From positions 341,186,001 through 341,250,000 of the forward strand of contig OZ024740.1 of the NCBI GenBank assembly GCA_964016885.1: a stretch of DNA of 64,000 nucleotides, given 5' to 3'. The number at the start of each line of letters is the position of its first letter. Position 1 is the first letter of the stretch. Made by a program: the position numbers and the translations under genes. Origin of the DNA: Eledone cirrhosa (lineage: Eukaryota). Shown one piece after another: positions 12,348-26,000 of the stretch. The notes under the pieces are model-generated. The model was not told the origin of the DNA and did no database searches. It was given only the letters and a program-made list of their open reading frames with translations.

Positions 12348-12460
12348 TCATCATCATCATCATCATCAACGTTTAACGTCCGTGTTCCACGCTTGCATGG
12401 GTTTGGACGGGGGTAGTCCCACTTGAGGCAAGAGTGATTGTCTTGCTCGCATAGGACTGT
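12348..12460 (-). mobile_element. RTE 3'-end fragment
   Basis: Reverse complement of 11816-11925. Confidence 0.9.
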
Positions 12461-12509
12461 ATGTATATATATATATATGTATATATATATATGTATATAT
12501 ATGTGTATG

Positions 12510-12540
<31 letters not shown>

Positions 12541-12553
12541 GTATATATATGTG

Positions 12554-12614
<61 letters not shown>

Positions 12615-12758
12615 GTATATATATATATGTATATATATGTGTATGTATATATATATGTGTATATATATATATATATATGTGTATATATATATATATATAT
12701 GTGTATGTATATATATATATATATATGTGTATGTATATATATATATATATATGTGTAT

Positions 12759-12794
<36 letters not shown>

Positions 12795-12821
12795 GTGTAT
12801 GTATATATATATGTGTATATA

Positions 12822-12855
<34 letters not shown>

Positions 12856-13255
12856 ATGACTCTGTGAGCAAAGAGGTGAAACTCCAGAGTAACAAGACTC
12901 ACTATGCTTTGATATTAAGTGCTCTTTTCTCTTGTCCATCAACTAGATACATACAAACACACACATATATATATATATAGTGTGGTTTAATTTGGTAACA
13001 AATATCCAAAGATAGGAAAGCACTAAATCATCAGAAACAATTGCGATATATAGATATTTATTACATTAACTATGGTGTCATTTAGGTACAATTGCTTCTC
13101 TGACAAAGTGTTTCAGATTTTCACTTAGAAAGGCCCCAGTGCTGCAGCCTGTATTGACTCCATTTTGTAATATTAACAGTAAATATAATTAATACTACTC
13201 GGCAACATGTATGGAGTCATCTCATCAATAATACCTATAAATATACAACCTAACA

Positions 13256-13334
<79 letters not shown>

Positions 13335-13335
<1 letters not shown>

Positions 13336-13539
13336 ACGGAGGAAATGTGGTAAGGAACCAGGTGGACCATAACGCACCAAAGTACTCAATACTTAGAGTA
13401 GAAGAGTGGGTAATAGGAACGAGTAGGACCCCGACGGCTGAGCTCAAGCCGTTTCGACGGCTAATTCTGGACTAATCCAGTCCAGAATTAGCTGTCGACA
13501 CGGCTTGAGCTCAGCCGTCGGGGTCCTACTCGTTCCTAT
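13335..13539. mobile_element. Fold-back element family A, second copy (tail 13335-13412, palindrome 13413-13539)
   Basis: Opposite orientation to the 5934 copy; 5-nt loop aatcc at 13474-13478; (TA)n on both sides. Confidence 0.85.
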
Positions 13540-13564
13540 ATATATATATATATATATATTTGTA

Positions 13565-13985
13565 TTCTCTACATTGCCACTAGTAATACTAATATCATTA
13601 TACAACCAATATAATTATACAAAACCATTCTCTTCACAACCATCTGTGATACTAATGTCTTCTCTATATTCCTAGTCACTAGTAATACCAACACACCCTA
13701 CTAACCCACTGGTGACACTGATATCACTCTACAACCACTAATAGTATTAACACATTTTCTACACAGCGACCAGTAATATTAATGTCTTCTTTTTACAGCC
13801 ATCAGTATATCACTGATATCACTACAAGACCACCAGTGATTTTAATGTCTTCTCTAACATGCCACATTCTCTACACAGCCACCAGTAATACTAAAGTTTT
13901 CTCTACATAGCTACTATTAATACTAAAGCTTTCTCTACACAGCCACCAGTAATATCAACGCATTCTCTTCACAGCTAATAGTCAT
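13565..13985. repeat. Degenerate 32-bp minisatellite
   Basis: Unit ~ttctctacacagccaccagtaatactaaagtt; anchors at 13867, 13899, 13931, 13963. Confidence 0.85.
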
Positions 13986-15502
13986 TAATAATGATTTCTA
14001 ATTTAGGCACAAGGCTAGCTATTTGGGAGGAGGGTAATGTTGATTAAAATGACACCAGAATAACACCATATGGTTATTGTAGCGCTCTTTAACATACATC
14101 ATCATCATCATTGTTTAATGTCTATTTTCCACCCTAGCATGTGTAGGACGGGAGCATGGTAGGACATACCTAGAGAGAAGAGTAAGAGGTAGGAAGTGAA
14201 GTGAAAATAGTTTAGAGGCTGTGATTGTAACTAGTTTTGGTGTATATGAATATATATGCGCTTCATGTAGTATCCTATTTCTTCTCATGTTTACTTTCAG
14301 TGTTGTACTTGTGTTGATTGATTGATTGGCATATCTCGTGGCATCTCATTTTTTAAAATATGTATATAAAGAGATTAAAGTAGGCCAGCAGAAAAAAAAC
14401 AATTTATTTATGATGTAATAGGTCAACATATAACAAATTTGTATATTGACAAGTATGTATGTTTTGAAACAGCAAGCGAGTTTGAAATTAGAAATAGAAG
14501 CTTTCGCCGTATTTTTTTTACTAAAGAAATTTAGACTAATAGTGGGGTTTAGAACCCTCTAAGAAATGGAGAAAGATGAGTATTAACAAACAATTTGTAT
14601 ATTTATAAACAAATCTTGCTGGAGAATCAGTCATGACCATCATTTTACTTACAATGTTGGTATGGGTTGGATGAGTCATCATGGTCCAAGCAGTTGGTGA
14701 AACCATGTCTTACTTATATGTTCTATATTTGCCATGGTTTCTACAACTTGATGCCCTTCATAACAATAATCACTTTACAGAGTGAACAAAATGCATTATA
14801 TCTTGGTACCAGCACTCACATTTTACAGAGGGTACTAGGTGAATTTTTCCCAGACAGAATATATCAAATAAATATACAAAAGTATACAACACTGAACAAC
14901 TTACTTCTCTGTACTGTTCTGAACATGATCCATTAAAAAAAAAGACAGGAGTGGTGAACTTTTCTGAGAGCGTATACCCACATTGTCTATAATATTCTAG
15001 AAAAATTCCCTGAGAGTATGTACCCATATTACCGAAAGCATATACCCACATTGCTGATAATCTTTTTGATAAATACCCTCACATACCCATAAATATTTTG
15101 GGCAACATATTATCATTTTTATTATACTTGTATTTTACACATTATTTTTTAAAGAAAAATAACAAAATGCTTGAAAGCATTTGTAAAGAAGTCTGTTTAG
15201 AGTCCTTGATGACATGGCGTTAATTATTGGTGATACCAGTAAACTGCAAGATCAAAGTAATAGATACATTGCTGCTTTGATAAGATAGTCTCTTGTTACT
15301 AAAGAACATTTTTCTTTAAATTATTTTTACAAGATTAACACTTTTTTTGTATTTTTATAAAATCACCAACAAAAAATATTTTCTCTTGTGTTCCTACTTG
15401 GACACATGTGTCATATATTTTCCACCATTTCACTACTGCCCAGAAGGTGGTATTTTCTCCTAGTTAAGCTATGTATAATCACCATAATACTGTTTACTTT
15501 AA

Positions 15503-15707
15503 CCCTTTAGCATTTACATTACTCTATATTTACTATTGTATTTTCACGGTAAAGGCTTTATCTCACATAATATCGAATTTGAGATTTTGATATTATTTAT
15601 TTTGGAACAATAACTTAACATAAGTATGAGCAGCCGGTTATGGCCAGTTTGAACAGAAAGAGGTGATAGAATTTTGGCTGGATATGGCCGGTTTAAATGC
15701 TGAAGGG
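15503..15707. mobile_element. piggyBac-type MITE
   Basis: TTAA|ccctttagcattta ... taaatgctgaaggg|TTAA; inverted sister copy at 26974. Confidence 0.85.
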
Positions 15708-15929
15708 TTAAACGTTCTAAAAATATGGTATGCCTTCCTTCTTGTTTTCAGCAGAAACACAAGCACAGATATTTTCTCCTTCTCGTTCTCTTCTTTGATG
15801 ATAATAAGACACTGACACACCGCTTAATGCCAATACACCGATCCTTTTTGCTTCTCCACTGATTGTGATGTCGCAATTTCTCAGGAAATTTAAATGAGAG
15901 ACTCCCTCCCCTTCTCCATCAGTTCCCCT

Positions 15930-17740
15930 TACATTTCATGTTGCTCATTAATGCTGCCCACTACCAGTCTAGTGAGGTGGGTTGCTAGAAATCAAGCAAG
16001 ACAAAAACAAAACCTGTCAAAGAATGTATGCACCAAGCAGTGGGCCAAGGGATGTATAGTACCATTATGCAGGGACATAGAAGTACTCAATCTGGCAACT
16101 GAGCATGCATTAAGACCAATGGGAGTGATGGAACTCTAGTTCTAGTCAGAACATCCATCTAGATGGAATCCAAATGTTAAACCCCTACTATCTTCCACAA
16201 CACTTAGCTTCATTCTACCTGATGTAGTGCATGCTTTCTAGCTACTATGTGGCTTGCTTGGCAGATGGTCACTGGAAATGGTCTTTTCTACATTATTGTG
16301 TCCCAAGCAACACACCCTCATTGGTGTCTTTTGATTCCAATAATGGTAGCTGTGTTATGATGTGACTCTGTATCCAGTGGTATAACTGGATGGGTTGGCT
16401 GAGCTCTTCAGTCTCATTTGGCAACCAGCATAAGAGAACAACTCTGACTCCTAACCCAGGCAGATTGGGTTATTAGCTTTGTTTAAGTCATCCATCTAAG
16501 GAGAGGGACATTTTGACATAACACCTACAACCTGAGAATCTCGTTGTCACTATCCCAGCTTACTACTCTATAGTAAGGATGTATCTCAAGTGTAAAGAAT
16601 GCAAAAAATAATTTTTAAGTCATGACTCAGAAACATGGAAGAGAATACTTAGTGAACACAGTGTTGGAAACTGCAGTGACAACAGGTACTGACTCTTCAG
16701 TAAAATGCTCACAAGAACCACAGAGGGACTTGATGAGGAAGACGGTCTCTATATCAGATACCACACTGATGGCAGCTAAGTAACTGCAATCCCACTCCAA
16801 GACACTGGAGGAACTCATCTGAGAATTACTCTTCATCTATGATGCTGCCCTCAAAATATCAGTCCTGCAGTGTTTAGTATTCTGCTTTACAAAGGCTGTC
16901 GGGCCTTTGACTGGAGGTCAGCTTGAAGAAGGCAGAAGCTCCCCACCAACCCACAATCAGGAGGATTACCATCCTCTCGGCATCACCAGTGAAACAGCTG
17001 AAGACAGTTCACCAGTTCAGTTACCTGGGGTACACCATCTCGTCAGATGCCAAAATTGATAGGGAGGTTGATAACCGATTTGTAAAGGCAAACAGTATAT
17101 TTGGTAGTCTGTACAAAAGAGTTGGGAACAATACCTACCTGTGAAATAGCACAAAGATTAACATGTACAGAGCCATTCCTGTATGGCTCTGAGTCGAGGG
17201 TTACTTACCACCATCATTTATGGTTCCTTGAGCACTTACACCAGTGCTGCCTTCACACCATCCTCAACATCCTCTGGAGTGACTTTGAACTGACAGATAT
17301 CACTAGTGTTGAGGCCGTACTTTTAAAGCCGCAACTGTATTGGGTAGGACATGGAGAATCTTTGCTTGCTCAAGATTGCATTGTATTGCAAACTCTATTT
17401 GCCACCATAATAGAAGGGCACCTAAAAAAAAAAAACAAGGATTTTCTGAAGAAATCTTTTTAAGCTTGTGATATTGACCATTGCCAAGGACCTGATGTGG
17501 CTTCTGAACACATAACATGGTGATATACCATGTTTACTTCTTCAAGAATGCTCACAAGGCTGATATTGAAGGCAAAATGGGTTGGAACAAGAAACATGGC
17601 ACACACCAACAAGCCCTAAACAGAATTTCCCTTACAGCCTGGTCTGTCTTATATTGGTCTTATCAGCCACTAACAAACCTACAATAGATGAGAGCAGTCC
17701 TCTTCATAAATTTTCATTAGTGCAGTCAAGCCATAATGAT
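15930..17740 (+). mobile_element. Old BovB-like RTE LINE (5'UTR plus RT C-terminal half, internally deleted)
   Basis: ELLFIYDAAL, VHQFSYLGYTISSDAKIDREVDNRFVKANSIFGSL, LYGSESRV, CLHTILNILWSD; 5'UTR motifs shared with 6307-6943. Confidence 0.75.
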
Positions 17741-18859
17741 ACTAAACATATCTCTACTGTCTTTTTTTTTATTTTTTAAAAATATCTGTTATTATTGATA
17801 TTTAATATTTTGACCTTAATGAATCCTTTGATGTATTGACCTTAATGATTTATTCAAACTTGTTATCAATTTCCTCTTTAAAAAAGAAATTAGTAAATGT
17901 TGATCAATGCTTCTTCATTCTACTAATATCTAACATACAAAACAGTTTTCTTCTTAAAGCCAGCAGCACCAGAAAGCTGTCTAAAAGACCAATCAACTGA
18001 ATAATTGTTCAAAGACAACTGAACAAAGTGTGTATTTTGACTATTTATAACTTCACTGTGTTCTTCTGACATATATGTTTTATTTAAAGTTATTAGATGT
18101 TGTGTGTAGCTGTATACTGGTTAAAGAATTGAAATGTAAATCTAACCATTAATTACAGTAACTGAAGTTTCTCCAGGAACGGAGTGGTCCTTTTACAGTT
18201 TGAAAAAGTTACAGGTAAAGAGGTTTGTGTAAAACAAAATGTAATTCTTGTTGTTGATGTTGATGTTTGTGTTATTTCATCTGTGTTTGTTAATCTTCTG
18301 TTGATTCTCCATAGAGTGACCATTCCTATGTGGACAGAGATAGTAGCCCTGAAGACTGGAACTTGCTCTGTAAGTGGGCTCTTCTAACTTTGGGCCATTT
18401 TTAGTCACAACTAAATTTACTTTATCTCAATTATCAATCTCTGGTTCTGAACTTTTAACAGCTGCTTTATCAGTAAATAGTAGTAGTTCAGTAGTAGTAG
18501 TAGCAGTAGCAGTAGTATTAGTAGTCATTATAATAATAATAATATTAATAATGATGATGATGATGATGATACTAAACAAAGTTGAACAATGATCCTGTGG
18601 TGCAAAGTGCAATGTTACCATAGTAACACTTAGTTAGCTAGTCATTATTTAAAAAAATTCTATTGAAATTAATCAATTAATTAATTAGTTCCTTCAGTCC
18701 ACTTTCATTTCTCTACATCATCTGAATAATCATGTTTAATACTGTCACCTCCACACACACTGTCACACTTTACCTAATTACCCTGTCAATTTCAACATAC
18801 TTAGTAAAATTCCACATTCCATTAGACTATTATATAATGCAACACTATTCTTATAGAGA

Positions 18860-19135
18860 GTGGAAGCGTGTAGCCTAGTGGAAAGGGTGATGGACTTACA
18901 ATCATAATGTCATGGGCTCGATTCCCAGGCTGGGTTATGTGTTGTGTTCTTGAGCAAAACACTTCATTTCACGTTGCTCCAGTATACTCAGCTGAAAATG
19001 AGTACAAGCAGCAAGAGCTGGGGGTTTAACCTTATGATAGACTGGCATCCTGTCCAGTGGGGAATCTTGTACTTTCAGTTGCTTCACGCCATGAAACCAG
19101 GATAAGCCTTCTCGCTTAAGACAGACTTTAGATTC
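18860..19135 (+). mobile_element. tRNA-derived SINE with CORE-like domain
   Basis: A box tagcctagtgg, B box ggctcgattcc, then ttgtgttcttgagcaaaacactt. Confidence 0.8.
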
Positions 19136-20302
19136 TTATAGAGGCAAGGTAGTGTGCTGCCAATCATTTATCTATTATGTATCTCACTAAGGTCTAATAC
19201 TTTCTTGCAATCTCTTTTTGGTATGTCTTTCATCCAGCTATCATCTCTCACTAAATGTATTCTAATCCAGTAATTCTCAAATTGACAAATACCAGCCCTC
19301 CACCCTCATATTAGTGGAATACCCCTCCAACAGTCATGAGAAGACAAAATAGAATTAAATAATATATTATAATAGAGTTATGTCACTCTCTTTAGTAATA
19401 TGAAGACAAAATAGAATTAGATAATATATATTATAATAGAATTATGGCTGTAAAAAGCCATTTTAATTTTATTAAACATAGCAATTTGCCCAGTCTACCC
19501 ACTTTTCAATCCTAACAGCTCCCTACTCCATGAGAAATGTTTATCTAATCTGGTGGTTTTCAGAGACCCTTATCACATTTCTTCAATTCATCCCCATTTT
19601 GAATTGTTGTCTAATAATTTTCCCCTGCTTTTCAAACCTCAATGATTGTATAATTCTAAATGGTATTAAGTCTGTATCAGCAGTTTTTTGTGAACTGCTA
19701 ATTTGTAATCACCTTTATAGTTGGCTATATTGTTTTTTTCATTGATATATACACCTTGTACACTATTCTCTCCCAGTTTGGAGTCCTCTTCTGCTTGACA
19801 TTTCTCACCTGGGATTTGAAATTTCTCACCTAGGAACCAAATACCTCTCATTTGAGAACTGCTGCTCTAACCCATGTACTAAATAGTGGACATTCATTGC
19901 CCACCAGACTACATAATCAATTGTTCTTTTATTCTCTTGTCTCTAGTTTCTCAACAGCAAACCATGAAGGTCCTGTAATATTTCATTTTCTTGTGTTCGT
20001 CACTGAACAATGCCACTTGAGGGAAGCTGGCAGTAGAATTATTTATCGCCTTCATCATCATTGTCATTTTAGGTCCTTTTTTGTATTTTTTCCATGCTTA
20101 CATGGGCTGGGCAGTGGATGTTAGCACAACTTTTCACTATTTGTTGTGTTTTTTTTTTTTGCCATTTCCTTCATGAGGTTCAACATCCTGAGATCAACTC
20201 TCACCACATATTTTCTTCGTTCTTCCTCTTCTACATGTTCCTTTCACTTGACAATGTTTTACTTAATTGTCTACCTCTATACACACTATATTACTGCTTT
20301 AA

Positions 20303-20548
20303 CCCTTTTCTTACCAACCCAGCCCAATCCAACCGAATCAAAACTGGCTCTTGTTTTATGCCCCCCCCCCCCTCCCTCCATTTTAAAGAGTTCCAATTTA
20401 AATTTTAATCTTCCAACATAATTTTATATAAGAACCATATGTTAAGTTACCATCTTAGTAATGAAATAATAATTTTAGTAAATCCCTCAAAATTCTTCAT
20501 ACTTTAATGAAATAGTGTATTTCGTTATAGATGCAGTTGCAAAAGGGT
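20303..20548. mobile_element. piggyBac-type MITE (second family)
   Basis: TTAAccctttt ... aaaagggTTAA; related copies near 28142-28390, 44840-45080 and 56552-57182. Confidence 0.65.
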
Positions 20549-21519
20549 TAAGGATTTCAAATGATAAAAAAAATCAGTGATATAAGCTTCTTTATGTTTT
20601 GTGCAACTTATTTGAAAGTCATGTTAAACAAACATGGGATGCTAATGTTTATTTAACATGACTTTCAAATAAAGAAGTGTTTTAATACTTGTTGATAGAA
20701 ACTGTATGGTGTAGAATAACTCAAGACTTAATGCTTACCATTTCTATGGCTGAATGCCCTTCCTAACTCCAACCACTTTACAGTGCATTTTTTTATGGTG
20801 CCAGCACTACCACTTTAAAGAGTTTGCAGGGTGCATTTTGTGATGGTACCAACACTGGAGAGGTTGTCATATTTTTTAACAAACTAAAGAATCCTCTCCC
20901 CTATATTGTCTCCATTTGATCACCAACCACTTTACAGTGAAACCACCACCAGAAAGGTTTTCTGGTACCCAACATGAACAGAAGGTCCTCTTTACTCTGT
21001 TGTCTTAACACTAGCTTTGAATTTAAAATATTTTGACTCAAAGCATCAACATTTCACTAATGGTTGTTGGGAGGGGTGGGGGTGAAGGAACATTGAGTTG
21101 AAAGTAGTATTTAGGGAGCACATTTGTAAGAGATGACAAATTGGCAGTCATTAGACTGTCAAATAGAATGCCACTTCACAGCCTATACTGGGAGCATGAT
21201 TTCTATGACAGGGTACCTATCCTAACACCAACCATTTAACAGCGTATACTAAGAGCTTTTTATCATGGCACCAGCACTACCACCTTACAGGGTGGACTGA
21301 GTGCTTTTCGCTGTGGCACCAGCATCACCTCATTACAGTACTAAATTGCTTAGTATATATATATAGCGTAGAAATATCTGAGACTCCCCCCCCCCCCCCA
21401 GTAGACAACTGATGAGGAAACCTCCCCGTTCTTGTTTTCTTCGTATTCCCACTGCATTTTAAGTTACCTTAAATAGCAAAATAGCAACTACACAGCCATT
21501 TCTAGTCTCCATATATTTC

Positions 21520-21561
<42 letters not shown>

Positions 21562-23077
21562 CACACATACACTCATTTATTTATTTATTTACCATGTGAA
21601 GATATTGCTTTCAAGACATATGGTGGTTGATAATACTGGTTATGAGACGCATTGTGTGCATGTATATATATATATATGAGAGAGAGGAGAAAGAGAGTCA
21701 GGAGAACTCCTCAGTTGTGTCATAGACATGATAACCTCCCTGATGTTGGTGATTTACATGATAAATGTCTGTCCTGTACACTCTGTAAAGTAGTTAGTGA
21801 TAGGAAAGGCATCAAACTTTAGAAAACCTGCTAAACAAAGGGTTGGAAAGACTCTTCAGCTATGTCAAAGACATGACAACTTCCCTAGTGTTGGTGCCAT
21901 GATAAAATGCATTCAGTAGAGAGTGTGATTGTATGTTGGACCCACAGCCCACCTGTGTAATGACTGGTCCCTGATGACATGTGCAGCCCTTGCTAGCAGA
22001 GAAAATGTATGTTAATCAAGGATAATGATTGATGATAATGTATGTATGCATGTTGACAGAATCATTAGTGTAAGGGAGAATGCCTTGCTGTATTTGTTCC
22101 AGCTCCATGTATTCTGAGTTCAAATTCCTCCTAGATTAACTTTGGTGTCAATAATCAAAGCACCATTCCAGATCAGTGGATTGACAGAATTGTTAGAGCA
22201 TTGGACAGGATTCCTTAGAATCATTGATCTGGCATTTTGTATTCTAATAGAAATGTTTGCAACAACACTGATGCCAAGGTTTGTCAGTCCTGGCCTTTAC
22301 CTTGGATAACATCTGTAACGTGAAGAGACAAGCCTAGATGCTTGATCAACTGCTTGTCTTAACCCTTCCCTTTTGATACCAAACTGCATGAAACTAGCTT
22401 TGTTTATATTTATCTAAAATCTTACTATTATGTAGATGACATAGGACCAAGCTGGCTGCTGATATACCTAAATACAAAAGACCTGTCCACCAGTATTAGA
22501 ACGCCAACACTAAAAGTAAATAGTGAGAGACTGGTGGCTAGAATGTTTAGCAATCGAAGACAATATAGGTGTTGTGAGGACTTTTCAGTCGGCATGAGCC
22601 TGTAACAACCTTTATTATGCTGGTGTCACATACAGTACACCCAGGACACTCTGTAAAGTGATAAAGCTGGTGTCATGAAAAAGTACACCCAGCACATCCT
22701 GTAATGAGGTTAGCATTAGGGTAGGTATCCATGGAAACCATGCCAAATATGGAACCTATGAGCAAGATGTGGTCTCTGTGATCTGTCTGACCTCGATCTG
22801 TGATTACTCATCAAGCTGTTGCCACCATGGCAAGCAAACATAAATTGATGATGATGATGAATTTGTGAAGCTGTTATAATGTTCTGTTTTTTTCAATGTA
22901 GGAAAGAGACTACTATACAGGATCCTTCTTTCTGTTTTAATTGTACATCATCTCATCTATGAAACGTAATCTTCAAAGTTTATCTGTAACTACTTTCTTC
23001 CCAGATGTTTTAATCAACCAGTCTTTCTTTCAAACATCGAATATCTCTAAATCTCAGCAATATTTCATTCACTATGT

Positions 23078-26000
23078 ATCATCATCATCATCATCATCAT
23101 CGTTTAACGTCCATGTTCCACCTTGCATGGGTTTGGACGGGAGTTTTCTCACTTGAGGCAAGAGTGGTTGTCTTGCTCGTATAGGACTGTCTGGCGGGTT
23201 TTCTACAGCTGGATGCCCTTCCTAACACCAACCACATTTACAGTGTGGGGCTGGGAGGTTTTTACCGTGTTGCCTACACGGCCACATTACAACGTGGACT
23301 GTGTGTTTTTTGTCGTGACACCTACACGATCTCATTTGTTTCGGCCTGGATGTTGTGGCACCAACATAACTTTACATTGAAAGGGGCGGTGTGGATGGGG
23401 TGGGGGTGGTGGGACGGGGGTGTATTTTGTTAGAGATGCCTACTGACTGTAGTAGGTTTTACTTTGTATTTAGGTAAGGCGGCGTAAGGCGGGTCTTCTC
23501 TATTACTGAGTACCGCCAAAGGTCTCGGTCCAGTGACATTGTCTTGGAGAGGTGTAAGTGTGTGAGGTCGGAATTTATGAGCTCGTCCCAGGTTTTTCTG
23601 GGTCTGCCTACTCCGTGGCTACCATCTATCTTTATTGCCCTGCACTTTGTTATACAGCTGTCGTCTTTCATGCGCATCACGTGACCATACCAACGTAGCC
23701 TTCTCTCGAGTAAACAACATCTGATCCCTCTTATTTCTAATTTTTTCCTTAGTTCGTTTATGCTTTGCTGTTCACGTATATTACTATTACACATCCAGCG
23801 GAGCATGCAAGCTTCGTTCCTCTCTAGTCTGCGTATATCCTCTGCACACAATGCCCAGGTTTCACTGCCATGCAACATTGCTGTTCGTATGCAGGCATCA
23901 TACAACCTGCCTTTCATTTTTAGGGAGAACCCTTTAGCGGCTAATAGTGGTATAAGCTCTCTGAACTTTTTCCATCCAGTTCTGACTCTAGCTACTGTAC
24001 TTTCAGAGCACCCTCCCCCACTGCTGATTTTGTCACCCAGGTAACGGAAGCTGTCCACTATTTCTATAGAACCCTCTGCGCAATTGAAAGAGCTAGTATT
24101 TCGTGGGCACTTGCTGCTACTTATTGCACCAGAGCACCGGCCACATGTAAAATCTGTGTTCTTAGTTAGCTTACCTGTGATCCCACTACATCTTTTATGC
24201 ACCCATACTTTGCATTTGGGACATAAAATGGAGTTTCTACCTACGCCTTTCCTACACACTGAGCATGGCCATTTCCCGGAAGGGACCGGTGCCTTATTTT
24301 CTTTCCTACAAACTAGAACTTTAGTCTTAGCCAGGTTAATTTTAAGGCCTTTTGATTCTAGGCCATGCTTCCATGTTTGGAATTTCTTCTCTAGTTCGGC
24401 CATTCAGCGTTAGATCATCTATGCACATTAGATCATCTGCGTATAGGAGTTCCCATGGGCAGCTGGTCTTGAACTCCTCTGTTATAGCCTGAAGGGCAAT
24501 AATAAATAGTAGGGGGCTAAGAACAGAGCCCTGATGGACACCAACTTTTACGCTAAACTCTTCACTATATTCGTTGTTAATTCTAACCTTGCTGACTGTT
24601 TCTTTATACATGGCTTGTATAGCTCTCACAAGCCATTCATCAACACCTAGTTTTCTAAGAGCCCACCAGATAATGGAATGGGGGACTCTGTCGAAGGCTT
24701 TCTCCAAGTCGACAAAAGCTAAGTATAGGGGTTTACTTTTAGCTAGGTACTTCTCCTGCAGTTGTCGTACAATGAAAAGAGCGTCTGTGGTACTTTTGCC
24801 TGACACAAACCCGAACTGCATTTTATCTATATCAATTCTCTCTCTGATTAGTTGCGCTATTACTTTTTCCGTGACCTTCATGACCTGGTTGATTAATTTA
24901 ATGCCTCTATAGTTACTCCTATCTAGAGCGTCTCCTTTACCCTTGTAACAGTTAACGATGATGCTGCTACGCCAGTCCTTCGGAACAACCCCATTCTGTA
25001 TGACTTGGTTTACTATCCGGGTGACCATGGTGTGTCCCACCGTTCCAGAGGCTTTCAGCATCTCAGCAACTATTTCCGAAGGCCCAGCCGCCTTACCCGT
25101 CTTCATATCTTTGATTGCCTTACTTATTATACTACCTTCGACTAACACTGCTGGTCCTTCTATTGGGTCGATGTGGGGGGAGACTGTCTTTCTTCCATTT
25201 ATTTTCCTCATTTAGTAGCCTTTCGTAGTGACACTTCCAAGCTACCTTCTTATCAGCGTCAGTGATGGCAAGTATGCCATCATCGTTAAGTACACACTTC
25301 TCCCCGACAATATCACGGTTTTCCTTGACACATTGTCTAGCAATCCTGAACACCTCACGTTTTTGGTCCTCACGTTGTAGAACATGCTTGAAACGACAGC
25401 TATATAACAAAGTGCAGGGCAATAAAGATAGACGGTAGCTACGGAGTAGGCAGACCCAGAAAAACCTGAGACGAGCTGATAAATTCCGACCTGTAGAACA
25501 TGCTTGAACTTTCTTTCCTCTGCTTCCCTTCTTGCAAAGTACACTTGTCTCCTAGCTTCCCTCCTGGCCACTTGATAGTCTTCTCTACTTCCCCCATCCC
25601 GCCATGCTTTTCAAGCCTGCTTTTTGGCCTTGATTGACCCCTCCACCTTACTGTTCCACCACCATGTTACTCTCCTCCTGCCTACAGGCCTGCTCCAGCC
25701 ACAGACTTCGTCTGCCGCCATCAGCAGGTTTGCTTTCAGGAATTCCCACTGTTCCTCTACCTTGTACGACTCTAATTGCTCTTCCTTACTGTCGAAAGCA
25801 TCAAGTAATATGCTTTGAAATTTATTTCTGGCTGTGGGATCCGTTAGCTTCCATATTTTTCTCCTGAGGATAGTCCTCTTCTGCTGTCTAGTACGTCTCG
25901 TCCAGACTATGAGGTCGCTAATTATCAGTCTATGTTGGGAGGTGCATTCTTCATGGGGGAGGGATTTAGTGTTTACAACAGACACTCTGTCACGTCTTCT

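Larger units (their letters stand above)
11513..12856. repeat. (TA)n/(TATG)n microsatellite block containing two RTE 3' ends
   Basis: Directly visible. Confidence 0.95.

Noticed and set aside
18130-18621. Possible Thr/Ser-rich host exon on the minus strand
   Set aside because: Stops in all frames, driven by trinucleotide repeats, no recognisable domain or splice support.
18860-18935. tRNA gene
   Set aside because: A/B boxes are present but there is no complete cloverleaf and it continues into a SINE body; same at 26830-26940 and 28758.
21365-21520. CTGATGA at ~21409 as a hammerhead
   Set aside because: No properly placed helix II/GAAA/helix III; probably a truncated pLTR-like repeat end, but not supportable as a ribozyme.
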